Positions 24,801 to 39,800 of a DNA stretch of 64,000 bases are shown in pieces. Each line of letters begins with the position of its first letter. Within the stretch, counting starts at the first letter, position 1. The position numbers and the translations under genes are program-made. The notes under the pieces are model-generated. The model was given only the letters and a program-made list of their open reading frames with translations. It made no database searches and was not told the origin of the DNA. Origin of the DNA: Gammaproteobacteria bacterium. GTDB taxonomy: Bacteria > Pseudomonadota > Gammaproteobacteria > S012-40. Location of the stretch: assembly GCA_029883265.1 (NCBI GenBank), contig JAOUJM010000001.1, positions 10,511 to 74,510 of the forward strand. Reading direction: 5' to 3'.

Positions 24801-27800
24801 CACCTGCAAGATTATACAGGACTTCATATCCTTTATTTTCTGCAATTTCGACATTGCCAGACCCACCGACATCGAGTCTACCTTGTGTAATTCTAAATCG
24901 GTTCATTGAGTCGTAGTCATACCAATGTTCCTGGACGAAATCTCCAGTCGCTTCTCTATAGTCTGCTCCTCGATGAGCGTTAAGATCAATACCACCGTGG
25001 TACTTGGATACCACATGAATGCGATTTCCCATTTCGTCGTAATCATATGTAATATTGAAAAACGGATCGTTAATCTCGACAACACGATTGTAGTCATCAT
25101 ATATCGCTATCGTATATTGATAATCTTTTCCAATATCGGCATTTGCTCCCTCTTCGTAAACCGCTTCATAGGTTTTGTTACCATTGTTGTCGTAGCCATA
25201 CCGACTAACCAATCTAACACCATCATTTCCACCGTTAAAACCATAATCTACTTTTGCCTTTAATGACCCGTTATCATTGTAGTCAAACTCAATCACTTGA
25301 TCATAATCAGAATGATTAGTCATAAAATTGTTCAGACTATAGCGATATAAATCCATGTAGTCATAAGTAAAACCATGTAGCTGTGTATCAATATTATTCC
25401 ATGCGGCATCAGTTGCAATAATTGAAGCACCCGGATCCGTATTACCGATTTGATAGCGCAACTGCCCCCTTGCATCATAAAAATAGCGATAGCTACGGTT
25501 TCCGAGATCACGGTGGTAAACGAGCTTATTGAAATAGTCATATTGGTCTGTGATGGCTCGTGTTTCATAGTGCGGAATAATAATTTGAAGTCCAGCTTTC
25601 AAATCCGCATCAGTAATGTTATTTGCTTGACCTATCGAATTTGACATGTCTTCAACATTTAGTAAGCTATAGGCTATGGACGCCAAGGTATCGCCAGTTT
25701 GGACAATATAATTTAATTTTTCCCGACGTCCATAAAGGTAGACGGTTAATGTGTTTCCGACCACCAGTGTTTCGTCAACGACACCATTATCACTTCCAAT
25801 CCGGTTCGCTACCTCAGAGACTCTCAACAACTGTCTTGCAATAGATTCTAGCGTGTCACCGGACCTGACAATATACAAATTGCCAGAATAGGTTGTTTTG
25901 CTGAACCCCCCTTCCTGACCATTAAAGGTGAGATAGTTATAATCGTAACGAGTAACTTTATCACCATAGCTGACATGTTTTACCACCCGTCCTAATGCAT
26001 CGAAATAAGTCCGCTCTCGTCCACCGCCTTGGTCATGGAGAATTTCGTCATGGGAATTTGTATCCGGGTCAGTTAGATCGAGTGATGTATCAACTAAATT
26101 GATATGTGCAATTCGGTTACCATTTTCATCATATTCGTACTTTTCAACATTGTCGTATATATTGCTAGTTTCTTCAGTAATACCACCAAAAGAGCCTAAT
26201 ACATATTTTATAACATTATGTTTTTCTTTAGTAACATAGGTAATTTGGTTATTGTGATCAAACTGATATTTTGTCACGCGATCTGAGTCAGCTGTTAGCT
26301 TCTGACGTTTTTCAATTACATTACCAAAGCCGTCATAGACATAGGTCATTCCGCCCCCATCAGGGTTGAACTCCTGCTTGAGGCCATTTTGGTCATAAGA
26401 GAATCTTTTTAAATTGTTGCGTGCATCTGTAATTCCAGTGACATTACCCAGCTTGTCATAGTAATAAATCGCATTGGCATCCTGAATAGTTTGAAGCCGA
26501 CTGTAATAACTATTTCGAATTGGATCTTTTCGCGGATTACTTTTTCTAATTAGATTACCCATCTTGTCATATTCAAAGTAGGTATAGATATCTTTGCCAT
26601 CTTTTTCTTGGACAATTTCTCCAAAAGCGTTGTAGTAGTGAGATTTGTGAATTTGTACAAACTGGTCTGGATCGCTGTTATCACTAGAATTCACGCGACG
26701 ATGTGAGTAAAGTGACGCCTCACCTGTTAAATCGATGGACAATTGTCCCTGCAATACTTTGGCATTGGGATCATTTGGTTTATAGGTATAATTAATAACA
26801 TAGTCACCGGAATAGCTTCTTGGAACTGAATATCTTTGTCTCGTGCTGTCCGTTATAGTACGGAAAATTATTTCTTTGTATGTTTCACCGCCAGATTGTC
26901 TAATTGTTGCTGACAGTGTTCCTTGTGCTGGATCAACGTTTTCAAGATATACATCCCTGATATAATACCAAGATAAGCTAGAATCCATAAATGGAAATGA
27001 AGTAACGCGAGCCTCAATCGAATTATCACCATCATCCGAGCTAAAAGCGTTGCCATCTAAGCGCAAATGACTGCCTGGTTCTACTGATGGGTTATTAGAT
27101 AAATTCAGAATTACTTTCCCTGTATGAGGCGTTAAATCTGGGTTTGTTGCTTCATTGTCATAATGATATTCATATTTCAACTCAAACTGTCCTTCGAGTC
27201 CAGCATCGCCAAAATTCCAGGTTTGCCAGGAAGGATTAAAACCACTCGGTGTATCAAAATGTTCAACAGTAACCCACTCAGTTTCACCCACCCGTCTAAT
27301 CTCTACCGTTAGGGTGCCCAGAGACTTTGGTACATTCTTTAATATAATATCTCGACCATAGTACTGGTCGACAGCAACGTAATTATTCTGGCCGTCCACG
27401 TCACGAAAGCTTCCTGATACCGACGCAATGGTATAGCCATTCTTCTTGATTGTGGCACTATATGTCCTGGAACCAATATCATGTCCTTTCGGCGTACGAT
27501 AATGCGCGTCCTTACCGCCACTCCCATATGTGATAATTTTTTCTTCTTCATTATTCGGATTAAACTCTAGCACCAGACTACCTTCACCGTAGGAATTCTT
27601 GATTGAATCCACATTCGGATCTACGGCATCCCACCAAGTCTCCGCCCAGTCTTTACCTACAGCGTCATGAACACGTAGATGTAAACCACCATAGGGGGTA
27701 ACTTCAATATCAACTTTTCTATCACTTAATGTCTGGTATAGAGTTTGTGAAATCGACTGAGTGTGCGATGGTTCGTAAATATGAACAAGTTCGTTTCTTT

Positions 27801-30800
27801 CATTGTAAACGCTTGAACGATAAACAGAAGGAGCATTGTTATCAGTGATTGATGGCAGGATCTCTTTTGTCGCATTTCCGTTACGATCATAAGCATATTC
27901 CTTGACCACACCATCGCTGTTAGTTTTAATCAGGTTGCCGTTGCTGTCATATTCAAAAAACACTTGCCTGGCTTTGTTAGCTTCTGGACGTGATAGTTGA
28001 AGTGTATTTCTTTCGTATGCGCCCTGAAACGCTGCTTTTTCATAGCCATTGTATTCAGTGTATTTGTTCTCAAAGTAAGCATAGACAGAAGAATTTTTCT
28101 CTGTCCTTTTTCCACTGACTATGTTCCTATTTAGTCTATCATAAATGTATTCCGCGATATCTGTAAAAAGGTTTCCATCTGCATCATGTCTATTTAGGCT
28201 TTGGGTTCTAACATTACCAACAGCGTCGTAAGTATACTTGTTATTGGCACCATATTCTTCACTAACATTGGCATTGAAGTTTGCATCCCAATCCTCCAAC
28301 AACCTCCCATCAACTCCGTATGAGAATTTTTGTATTTGATCAAGGTTCGCAAGAGAGGGAGCACCATTAAGAGGAATATTTCTAGACTCACTGTCTTTCT
28401 CAGATGCAATATTTCGCGCCTCGATCACATTCCCATGTGCATCATATATATTTTTTGTAGATTTAAGACCTGATTTTTTTGTTAAGAGGCGACCTAAAAC
28501 ATCGAAACTATAATTTGTAGTATTTGACTCCGCGTCTACTATAGTGGTTATATTTCCCATTACGTCATAGACATATGCAGTAACACTATCTTCAAGCACT
28601 CCAGATTGCATGTTACCGTTACTAAAAGAGTATGTTTGAAAATTTTCCAAAGAATCCGTTTTCAGCCTATTTAATTTGTCGAATGAATAATTTTTAATTC
28701 TCGAATCAGAATATTGATTATCTCTTAAATCAACACTTTCTATCACAAAATTGTAACCACCATTCGTTGCAACGTTCACATTAGACAAATTAATCGAACC
28801 GCTTTTTATTACTCGATCGTTATCTTGCAGAATATATGATACCGTTGCTCTTCCACTAATGTTACCGACATCAAAAAATGCTTCGCCATTTTCATTCACC
28901 ATAACATCTACTGGTGTAGCAGTCGTTTCACCTTCTCGCAGCAGGCTCGCGCTCCAGACTCCACCAACATAATCAACGTCACTAATCTTCAAACGATTGA
29001 CATCAAATGCTGAGTATCCGGAATGCCAGCCTTGTGATCCAAGCATAAGATTCGTATCCACTCTTGCAATTTCAAAAGAGTCTGAATTGCTTATAAGTGT
29101 GATAACAAACTCTTTGATTTCACCAGTATTATATGAACGAAGAGGTATTGTCCCTTTGGTAAGGATTGTCGTAGTAGGAAAAGTTGTGTGATAAGTGCCA
29201 TCCGCTCTCGCAGCTCGAATAACGTAATAGTCGCCTTGTTTTAAGGTGGGAAGATTTATTTTTACGTACATCACAGAAGGCATCCCATCGCCTACCTGCC
29301 AAAAGTAAGGATAAAAGTAACCTTCCTCCAAATTGACTTGAACGATTCGATCCTCGTAACCGTTTGTTTCAAACTTCTCAAGCACTTCTAATAAAGAAGT
29401 ATTTTCATCCACCACATCTCTTAAACGTATCGAAGCCTTCTCTTCTCTAATCGCATTATTGAATGCATCGTAATTCCACTGGGTTGCATATCTTAGTGCA
29501 TCAACTGTGACTCTTTTATTACCTTTTTTATCATAATAATGAAAAATAGAATTTTCGTTTCCATCTACTTCTCTTACTAAGCGGCCTTTATGGTCATAGT
29601 ATTTCCGAATCACCGTTTCGCTGACATAATTTTCTTCCTTAATAAATTGATCATCACCAGGATCACCAATGGGCACCATTCTATCTTTTTCATAACGATG
29701 CTCTGCCGGAAGTTTTGTCTCCACAATTTGATTAAATGCATCATAACGATGTGTTAGTTGCATGTAGACATTTGAGACTGTAAATTTGTAAATCGAGTCT
29801 GCGAAGGTTGCAGTATCACGATATTTTCGCTCTTCAATAATATTACTCACAGAATCATAGGCAAACGTTTTCAAGAACCCTTCCGCATCGTGGGTGGCTA
29901 TCCGTCGTCCTAAATTATCATAATAATGCTGAGTTATGTTTAGATTTGCATCAATTTCACGGACCAAATTGCCAACAACATTGTATTTTTGTTCGATTGT
30001 GGTCGTTATACCCACGCTATCACCGGCACTCAATTTTATTCTATGGTTTTCCGTTTTAACCAGTAAGTTTAATTTGTTATAGGTATAGCTTCGACTTCGC
30101 TCTTCCTCCATGCCCGCTGCTTCTCGTGAAATGCGCCGGTTTCCGAATGCATCGTAACTGAACTCATTTGTTTGTCTTTCAAAACCTGTAGTTTCAAAAT
30201 CGATAAAAGGCAGCAAGAATCGCCCATCCATGCCTACCTCAATGGATTCACGATCGCTGATTCCACCTTTGTTAGCAATCGGCAAATACTCACTCGTCAA
30301 ATTTCCTTTGCGATCATAATTGTAGTGGTATTGATAACCAAGCGAGCGTTGGTAGTCTGGGTCTAGAACATTTGTTATAGGTTGATGACCTAGTAATTTT
30401 CCAATCTGATTTCCAAACGCATCATAATCATATTTTTCTTTTACCGATTCTGCATTGGTTAATTCAGTTTTGCGGTTCAGTTGATCGTAGTTCAGTAAGG
30501 TCTTTTGATCTTTATCAGTATTAATCTCCAAAAAGGTTTCGAGAATCTGACTTTCCGTGGTGTTGTCATCAACAGTATGAGCGGCCGCAATTGCGGTTGC
30601 ATATTGCATCGTACCCGTTAGATTACCCATTCCATCATAGGCTTTGGTTGTCACATAACGCTCAGGATCAACCACCAAAGTATTGCGATCAAGCTTATCG
30701 TAGTAAAAATAACTTATTGTGTCATAGGGTTCAGTAATTTTAGTAATATTACCAAACGCATCATAATCGGTTTTCTTCAATTCAAAAATATTGACGGTGC

Positions 30801-33800
30801 TACCAGCGCCTTCCTTAATCACTGATGCCGTCTTACGATTTAGCTGATCAAATGTCTGATACGTTGAATAGTAGTTTAGTAATGTATCTTTTTGATCCTG
30901 TGTTAACTGGATATAACTTAAGTTTGTAGTTGCCGTTAAACCGAGAATTAATTTACGTTCATTATCAGCCCAATCAGAATCAGTTTCTGTAAGCTCAATA
31001 CCGCGTGGATCAATAATCTTTGTCTGATTACCAAACGCGTCATAACCGAACTCACTTGAATAGGCCATTTGAGTTTGTGGATGTGCGGTATCAAGATTAG
31101 CTACAACACTGGCAGCCTCGAGATAAACTGTACGGCGTGTTAACAGACCACGCTGACTAAATTCTTGCGTGGTGCGTTGCAATTCATCACCACTGATATT
31201 GAGTCGCTTAACAATCGACGTTGTATTACCAAATGCATCGTAGCCATACTCCGTTACCAAGTCTCCATTCTCATCAGTTGAATGCGTCGTATACGACACA
31301 TTCTCAAGTATCTCTTGATATAATCGCCCGGCATCATCGTATACATAACGGGTACTGCGATCACCACTTGTTGTATCACTATTTCTATACAATAGGTTCG
31401 TACCACTAACTAGTAGTTGAATATCTCCCTCATTTCGAACATCAAATCGTTGTGTTGCCAAGGTGGCGACACCACTTTCTGGAAAACCTTCCGCTGTTGT
31501 ATCGTTAACAACCTGTAGTTGGTTAGCGTATTGAGTTACCCGAGATAGAAGATCACCTGTATATTCTCGTCCAGTGACATAACCCTCTGCATCGACACTG
31601 AAACTCACTCTACCTGCAGCGTCGTACTGTTGAAAACTAACACGGTCTTTACCACTCGTCGCCGTAACAAGTGGCGTTGTTTCAGTGACATCCACCACTT
31701 GTCTGTTCAGAGTATTAATACGCGTTTCTAAGTAGGTGTTCCACTCAGCGGCTGTAGGAGTAGAGTCTTGATAGGAATTAATAGTGAGTGCCTGATAGAA
31801 ACGCGAAGCAACAATTGCCTGTCCCAATGCATCGTAGCTTGTCTGATTAACATACCCCAAGGCGTCTATCGAGTAAATCTTGCGTCCGGCATTATCATAA
31901 AAATAATGATTAATCTGATCAGTAGACGAATTACCCGCTAGGTTTCCTCGAATAGTCGCCTCTTTATAATCCGCAAATGTAGTTTCTTTTGAGGCATAAC
32001 GCATGCTAAGAATAACTTGGCCACTAGCGTCATAACGTTTTTCATTGACGTAGCCCATGGCATCCACGCTATAACGCAAACGGTTTAGCTTGTCGTAAGC
32101 AAAGTGATCGCCCTGATCATTTGCAATAACATCGGGACGTTTCTGGAGAATTGTTTGCGCGAGTAATTCAGTGTTAGTGCTATTTATCGTAGCAAGATCG
32201 GTGGTAGATACTGAATTAGCCAGCCTAGATTGACGAATCACATTACCATTGTCGTCATACTCGTACACAGTATAGTTGCCCACTGCATTTACCGTTACAG
32301 TCAGGCGACCATCGTCATCAAAAACTGAATAATCAACGATATCTTTTGCAAGGTCCGCTGATGCCGAGACTAAACTCAGAATGTCGGCTTCCGTTGAATG
32401 ATCATCAAGAGTAGTTGTGGATATGGGCAAGGCATACTGAATTGTCTTAACCTTGTCCCCTCTGTCGTTATACACCGACTCAACCACTACTGCTAGCTGA
32501 CCTGTTGGAATAGGATCCAATTCCATGTATTCAAAATCAAGAACGTCAGCATTCTTGATGGAATAACGTAACCGATTAACATCATCATAAACATATCTCA
32601 TGGAGTGTGAGGTATCTTCCGCGCTCAAATCGGTAGCGAAAGCAACTTCTGAGGTTTCACTAAATGCACCAAGGGCCGGGGTAAATGGTAGAACTGTAGC
32701 AACACTTAACTCTAAACCATTACGCAATAGAACTAACTCATATGTAAAGCCGGATCGACCTCGCCTGTAACGCCCAAAATCAGAGTCAGCTGGAGAATCA
32801 TAAACCGTAGTTCCATTCTCTTTTAACAGAATCCGGTCGGTTGCTAAAGAAGTTACATTTGACCACATCACATAGTAACTTGAGGTTAGCGTTTGATCAT
32901 CAAAAGCATAATTCAATGTTAACGAGCCACTCAATCCGCTAACATCTACTCGTCTGTAACCCTCCACCTTACGCACCATATTATCCGCAGCATCATAATA
33001 ATATTTAGTAGTAATATTTAACCCACCCGGATCAACAATCGTATCTGTGCGTCGACCTAAGTGATCGTAAATGTATTGTGTTTCCCTGGCTTGTGTACTA
33101 TTGGCGCCTTCGGTAACCGTTAATTGACGACCTTCTGCATCATACGTATATTCGGTCCGCAGATTTAAACCACCATTGACGGCATCAACAACGACGGCTA
33201 ATACATTACCCGCACGATCATATTCGGTATCCGTATGTACACCGTTGGCATCAATGGTTGTAACTTTGCGACCCAGACCATCAAAGACATACTGGGTTTG
33301 AATATTCAGTCCAGTCTCATTGTCACCCGTAGTGTGAATCGTCATGGGATCAACGGTACGGGTCATCACCCGATTGGCGGCATCATATTCAAACTTGGAA
33401 TAGACACCATTTTTATCCACGGTGTGGGTTAATCTTCCCGCCTTGTCATACTCACTAGTTATTGTGTTATTGAGCATGTCAACCACTTTAACCAGCTTGC
33501 CATTGGTATCATAATGATACTCTGTACCATCATTTGAATTTGCTGCCGACTGATTGCCGTCAATGATTTTAATCGTTTGACCATTGCGATCCGTAATGGT
33601 CTGTGTCTGAATCAATTCAGGCGTCGTCACCGTCAAGGTATGCGTCGCATCATCATACGCATAAGTGGTTACATTCAAAAATGCATCGGTCATGGTCAAC
33701 ACTCGACCAAAGGCATCATAAGTTTGTGAACGTGATACGTCTAATGCATTCCTTGTTTGTACCTGTCGCCCCAGACGATCATATCCAAACTGAGTGATGT

Positions 33801-36800
33801 TGCTATTACCATCGGTTGATTGAATCACACGACCAAACGCGTCATAGGTTCGCTTGGTTTCGATTTCGAGTCCAGTATGACCCGCGACAGACACGTCTTT
33901 AAGGGTTGAGGTTGAAAGACCGCGACGATCATAAACATACGTGTCGCTACGACTCGTTTGCCCGGTAAGTGCTTGACTGACAGGTATCAGCGTAGGATCT
34001 TGCTGCTGCACCGATGAACTTATTTGACCGAACGCATTGTATGCATATTCGGTGCGTTGGCCTTCGCCATTGATGGCCCGCCATATGGCACCGCGAAGAT
34101 TGTAAGAAGACTGAGTTCGACTATCGACCATCGTATTTCCACTAAGCCTATCAAGAAAAGATGGAGTTACCAAGCCACCGGTCAACGTATTACTATTAGT
34201 GATGCGGGTGGAGTACGCAACGGTTTCTTTCACTTCACCGAATTGGTTATAGCTCAATTCGTTGACTTCGGCGACATTACTCAAAACCTTACCACTTTCA
34301 TCCAGAGTACCGCTGACGTCCTGTGCAGTAAAACGCAAACGACCATTATCATCATAATAGAACCAAGTTCGATGATCGTTTTGATCTTTGGTCGACGTTC
34401 TTAATCCTTGCTCGTTATAGGTATGAGTAACTCCATAGATTTCCCAAAGTAAATCTAATTCAGATTCACTAGGATTTATTAATGTGTCAAGCTTGGCGAT
34501 ACCTTGTGCATTAAGTTGCTCACCAATTAAGCGTCCTTGAATATCATAACGTAACAACGACGACCGCTGGTTATGAGTATAAGAAAAACGACCCGGCAAA
34601 TTCAGCATTTCCCCAACCGTTGGGGAAGCGGCACCCATGAGTTCCGCAAACGCCACAAAAGCATTGGCATTCGCTGTGTGATAAACCGATCGAACAATGC
34701 TTTCCCACGTATCACCTGATTGTACGGTATAACCATTTTCTGGGGCTAAACTGACATCAAGATCGGCAAACTCAAGCAGAGCATTGAGGTAGGAATCTGT
34801 TTGTCGAATCAGATTACCCACGTCATCGTACGCATAACTCGTCACTAACCCATCAACAGAATTAGTCACTGTTTCCATCTGATTTAATTCAGTGTAAGTC
34901 TTAACAATCGTTTTATCATTCACATGCGCCAATCGTTTCTGAATCAAACCATGCGCAACACTAACGGAATATGTATCTGGTGTTGCAACAACTTGCTGAT
35001 GTTCGCCTGTGGTAATGGATTGTATTTGCAGATCACGGCTCGTAAGATCATTATTCACAAACGTTAAATCAATCGTGTACGTATCCCGCTGATCAAACAA
35101 TGCATTAATCTGGTAGTCTTTAAAGTTTTCGCTGTCGACAACAATACTGTCAACCAGTACTCCATCGACGCGTACTTCCATGATCGGATATGTTCCATCG
35201 GCCGGAATGCCTTTCGCGCTTATGATTAATGCTTTGTTGTTGTAACGTATGCTTTCTGTCTCGTTGCCGTTTAGGTCATAGGAAAATGTACTTAGGTAGC
35301 CTTCTGCATCATGATTGGCAATCAACTGGCCTTTGGCATTGTAGAAATTGTAGCTATATTGATCTTTGGCTAAATTTCTTACGATAGCATCCTTCAATTG
35401 CTGTAAACTTGCACTGGCTAAATTCGCAGTACTGCGATTCGCATAGGCGCTGGTTTTCACCACTTGCCCTGCCGCATTATATTCTGTCTCGGTTAAGTAA
35501 CCTTCCGCATCAAGCGTCGCAACAAGTTGTCCATCATTGTTATAGAAAAACCGAGTGCGTCGATCGTTATTCGCATCTTCGTTTACATAAGTACCTGTTG
35601 TTGAATCGAGAAAATATTCTGCTCTGGGGTTATTCGGCATCCCAGTGATAACAAAAGGATTCGCATAAGCAATACTGTGAGTGAGTTGATTACTTCCATC
35701 ATAGAAATGTTGAGTAACTGCAACCCGTGTCACATCATTGTCATACGGCGTTAATTGCATCACCAATCGATCTGCATCGTCGTAGATAAAATAGTTGATT
35801 CGGTCGCTGGGGCTGCTATTGGGTTTGATTGCGCTTAACTCATAGAAATTGCTGCCTGCAACATAGGGATAATTGACGATCGACTGGAGGACTGGCGTCG
35901 AATATTCAATGGTTTTTATTACCCGTCCCGCATCGTCATAAACGGTTTCAGTCAACCCGCCTTCTTTATCCACCGTCGCCACTAAACGATTTGTAGCATC
36001 GTAGTAATTTTGGGAATAGTTGCCGGTTTGATCTATAGTCAGGCGCAGGTTGCCGGAGGAATCATACTTGTATTCAATTGTTCCCAACGGATTCAACTGA
36101 CCATCCTGCTGAGATTGTGATATGGCATAACCGTGTGAATCGTACACAGTGGTTGTCTGCAATTCATTTGCATCGGTTCGAACAATTTGATTTCCGACAT
36201 CATCATAGAAATAAGTCGTCGTATGATTCAGTGGTTTGTTTGATGCCAGTAATCGTCCTAATCCATCATAGGTGAACGTTGTAATAAAGTCTCTTGTTTC
36301 ACCCGTTGCTGCTGCTTGAGCCTCAATCGTTTCAATGAGAATGCCTTGGGCGTCATAAACAAAATGTGTGGTACTGGCAGTGGTAGTGACGCCCGCACCG
36401 GTCGTTGGATTAATCGAATCAAAGGTGGTCACCGTGCTTATATTGCCGCGGAAATCATACGTCGTATCACTGCGCTGTAAAATATTGCCCACGTTAACAA
36501 CCGAGTTGTAGGGCGCTTGATTCAATAATGTTGCGGATATAGGTGTAGCGGGATCTAAAGCACTGGTATCAATATGCCCCTTATAAAGGATTTGGCTGAT
36601 TTGTCTCCCTTGCGTATCATATACATATTCATTGACGACACCCTCGGAACTAACTGTAAATACCAAATGTTGCTCTGCGTCATAGATATAAAAACTACTT
36701 TGTGCATCTGAGGCACCGACACCACCGGTCCCAGTGTTATTGATATCCGCACCATCGGGGTCATTCACGCGATAACGGGTTTCGGAAATAATTTGATTAA

Positions 36801-39800
36801 CATCATTATATTCATAATCAACACGCACGCCTTCACTATCAATCATTGACGTACGATTGCCCTGATCGTCATAAGCAAAACGCGTTATATTGCCATTTTG
36901 ATCGGTAATGGACGTTATGTTATCGCTGCTGCGACCATCCTCATCATAACCATAAACCATCCGATTTTGATTTTGGTCATAGAACTCATGTAATCGATTC
37001 TGCTCATCAAGAAAATAATTCGTCTGTGTATTGCGAGTCAGATCCTCAACCATCGTCCGGGTGGATGTTGTTTCATTTTTCACATAATAGAAATTGAGTG
37101 GCATGATTAAATCCATGCCTTCGACGAGTGAGGTGACGCCCTGCGAGGCAAAATATTCCTGCAAACTCACAGCGAGTTGTTCGTCGCCATAAATCGCAAA
37201 CGCAATGTTTTCCCAAGTGTCACTCGCACTAACCGTGTGAAAGGGTGGGAGCGTAAACTCTTGATAAGTGGGTGAAAAGAAATTGAAGGTATGACTACTC
37301 AGATTATTTTCAATCAGGCCACCACCCACACTGCTCCAGTCATTCCATAGATAAAAGGCCTGTCCTTGCTCGTCCAGTGATAAATCGACCAGAACTTTAT
37401 TACCAGTTCCCACACCATCTTGAGCAACTTCGTCACTCCAGCCACGACCGGGAACATAGTATCTGCTTTTAACAACTGCGGCGCCCGACGCACCATCTTC
37501 CCAAAGTGCGACGATACGCCCTTGTTTGTCCTGCTCAATTCGGTAATCAAAATAATTCGAATTACCTCTGGATGTAGCGCCGAGTAATTTAGTGTCACTC
37601 AAACCGTTAACAGAATCAAAAACTCGCGTATAAAGATTGCCGCCATTCTTCCACGTCACCAACCATTGATCACCATCCAACTTGAAGATTTCTGGATTGA
37701 TATTCGTGTTATATAAAGTGCTTGAAATCGTATCGACAACAAAACCCGTTGACCAAGCAGCGCCGCCTTCTGAATACCATAGATTGATTTTTGGACTGGA
37801 GGCCTGTACAAAAACCATAAGTCGATTACCCAAGCCATCACTTTCTAACTTAATATTGTTGCCACCATCTAGTACACCAAAACCCGGAATACTTAACTTT
37901 TGTGATGCAGCCCATCCTGTAGCTACCGAATAGCGCATGGTGCGAACTGCTCGGGAAATTTCCCAAACCACTTCCAAACCACCATCGGGGAGAACAGTGG
38001 CATTAAAATCGGCGTTGTAGGTGCCACCCAGATAGGTTTCACCAATCCAACCCGATCCCAAAACATAACGATCGGCTTTAATGGGTTGTGGATTGGTGGA
38101 GGTATTACCTTCAGTCCATACTAGATAAACATCACCATTATGGCCTTGATGTAATTGAAATGGTTTCCATTCGGGAAAGCTCACCGGTGCTTTAACAGTG
38201 GGTGCGCTCCAACTATTCGTTGATGCATCATAAAACATCACCATTAAATTGCCGGAGGTATTGGCAAGATTCATTTCATAATATGCAACGGTAATATTGC
38301 CCGCGTCATCAATTAATACCTGGGGCGCTTCCATACGCGTGGACATTGCTTGCCCATCCACCAATGTTATTGCAGCTTGCCAATTTACATTAGTACCGCT
38401 TTGTTGATAGCGACTGATATATAGACTTTTAGATTGTGCAATACTTTGATCGGCCAAGACATCATTATCAATCCAAACTGCCACACCCTGCCCGCTGGTG
38501 TTAGACGCTACATCGATACTTTCTTCCGCTTGCGCCGATGTGCTATACACGGTGTTGGTTGCGACGGCGTGTTCCGCATTGCTTAGCCAACCAGGATAGA
38601 AATCACCGGCATAAACAATCTTTGTAGTCTGTAATTGTTCTGGAAGGGCGATAGCAGAGGCAACTTTATTTAAGTCGAGATTAATGCTTTTGTTTACAAA
38701 TTCACCACTAACTATTTCCGACCAACTCAGTAATCCGAAACCTAGCTCATTCACACTTAGATAAGGACCATAAATACTACTGTCACTTGCGGCCACCTGA
38801 CTCGGACTTGTCCAATTTGCACCATCAAGTGAATAACGCACGAAAAGCGTGCTCGGACCATTTTGTTCACGCCACACCAGTGCCATTCGACCTTGATCAT
38901 CTTGATGAACCTCATAATCAAAATAAAGATAATGACTGGTGAAGCTTTGCTGGGTCGCCACGGATGTTGTTGTCGACCAGCCCGTTGCTGAATCAAATCG
39001 CTTGGAAAACACTTCCTGGTTATCCTTCCAAAACAACACCCAATTGCCTTCCCCTTGATTGAGCAGTTTTAGATCCTTATTGCGATAGGTGCTTGAAGTT
39101 AATACGCTATCGATATTTTCAGTGGTTGTGGTATCACTCATCGCATCATAATACGATGTACCTAAAACACCGGCGTTGTACCACACCATGAGGCGGTTTC
39201 CTACAGTGTCGCTATCGTGGGCGATATTTGCATAGGTATTTGTAATGAACTGATTCTGGGTTGGTTGAACACCGACGCCTGCAATGTAGTCAGTAACTTT
39301 AACAAGATTGCCTCGCGACCAGGCAACGCTCGCATTACCCGACTCGGTGACATCTAATACCGGATACAAATTGAAAGTGGTACCATAGAGACGATCATTG
39401 ATAAATTGCGCGCCCGTCCAACCGGATCCCGCGACAAATCTATCCAAAACAATATCATTGTATTCCGGCGAGGGACTGTCTTGGTTGTACATCAGATAAA
39501 AAGCCCCGGTTCCACCGGTTTTCAGCTCAAAAAGCCGTTTTGAGTCGTAATTTGCAGCCATGTTCTGAATGGTATGTTGCTGCTCGGATTGCCACGTTTG
39601 TGTTGCCGCATCGTAAAAACGTGTCATCAAATAGTAATTACTAGACGTCAGCTCAGCACCATCATTCTCCTGCCACGCAATCATGGCATTACCTGCATCA
39701 TCAATGGCGACCTTAAGATCATAGAAAGTGACGGTGGGTGTGGTTTGTCCTATGGCAGGTTCGGCGCCAACAGTAATGCTTTTTGGTTCACCCCAGGAGC

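Noticed and set aside
32300-32400. VDPGGL inside the giant protein as a candidate Rhs DPxGL autoprotease motif
   Set aside because: It lies ~2,900 aa into a 6,384-aa protein in the middle of ordinary YD repeats, far from the toxin junction, so it is not the C-terminal cleavage motif.
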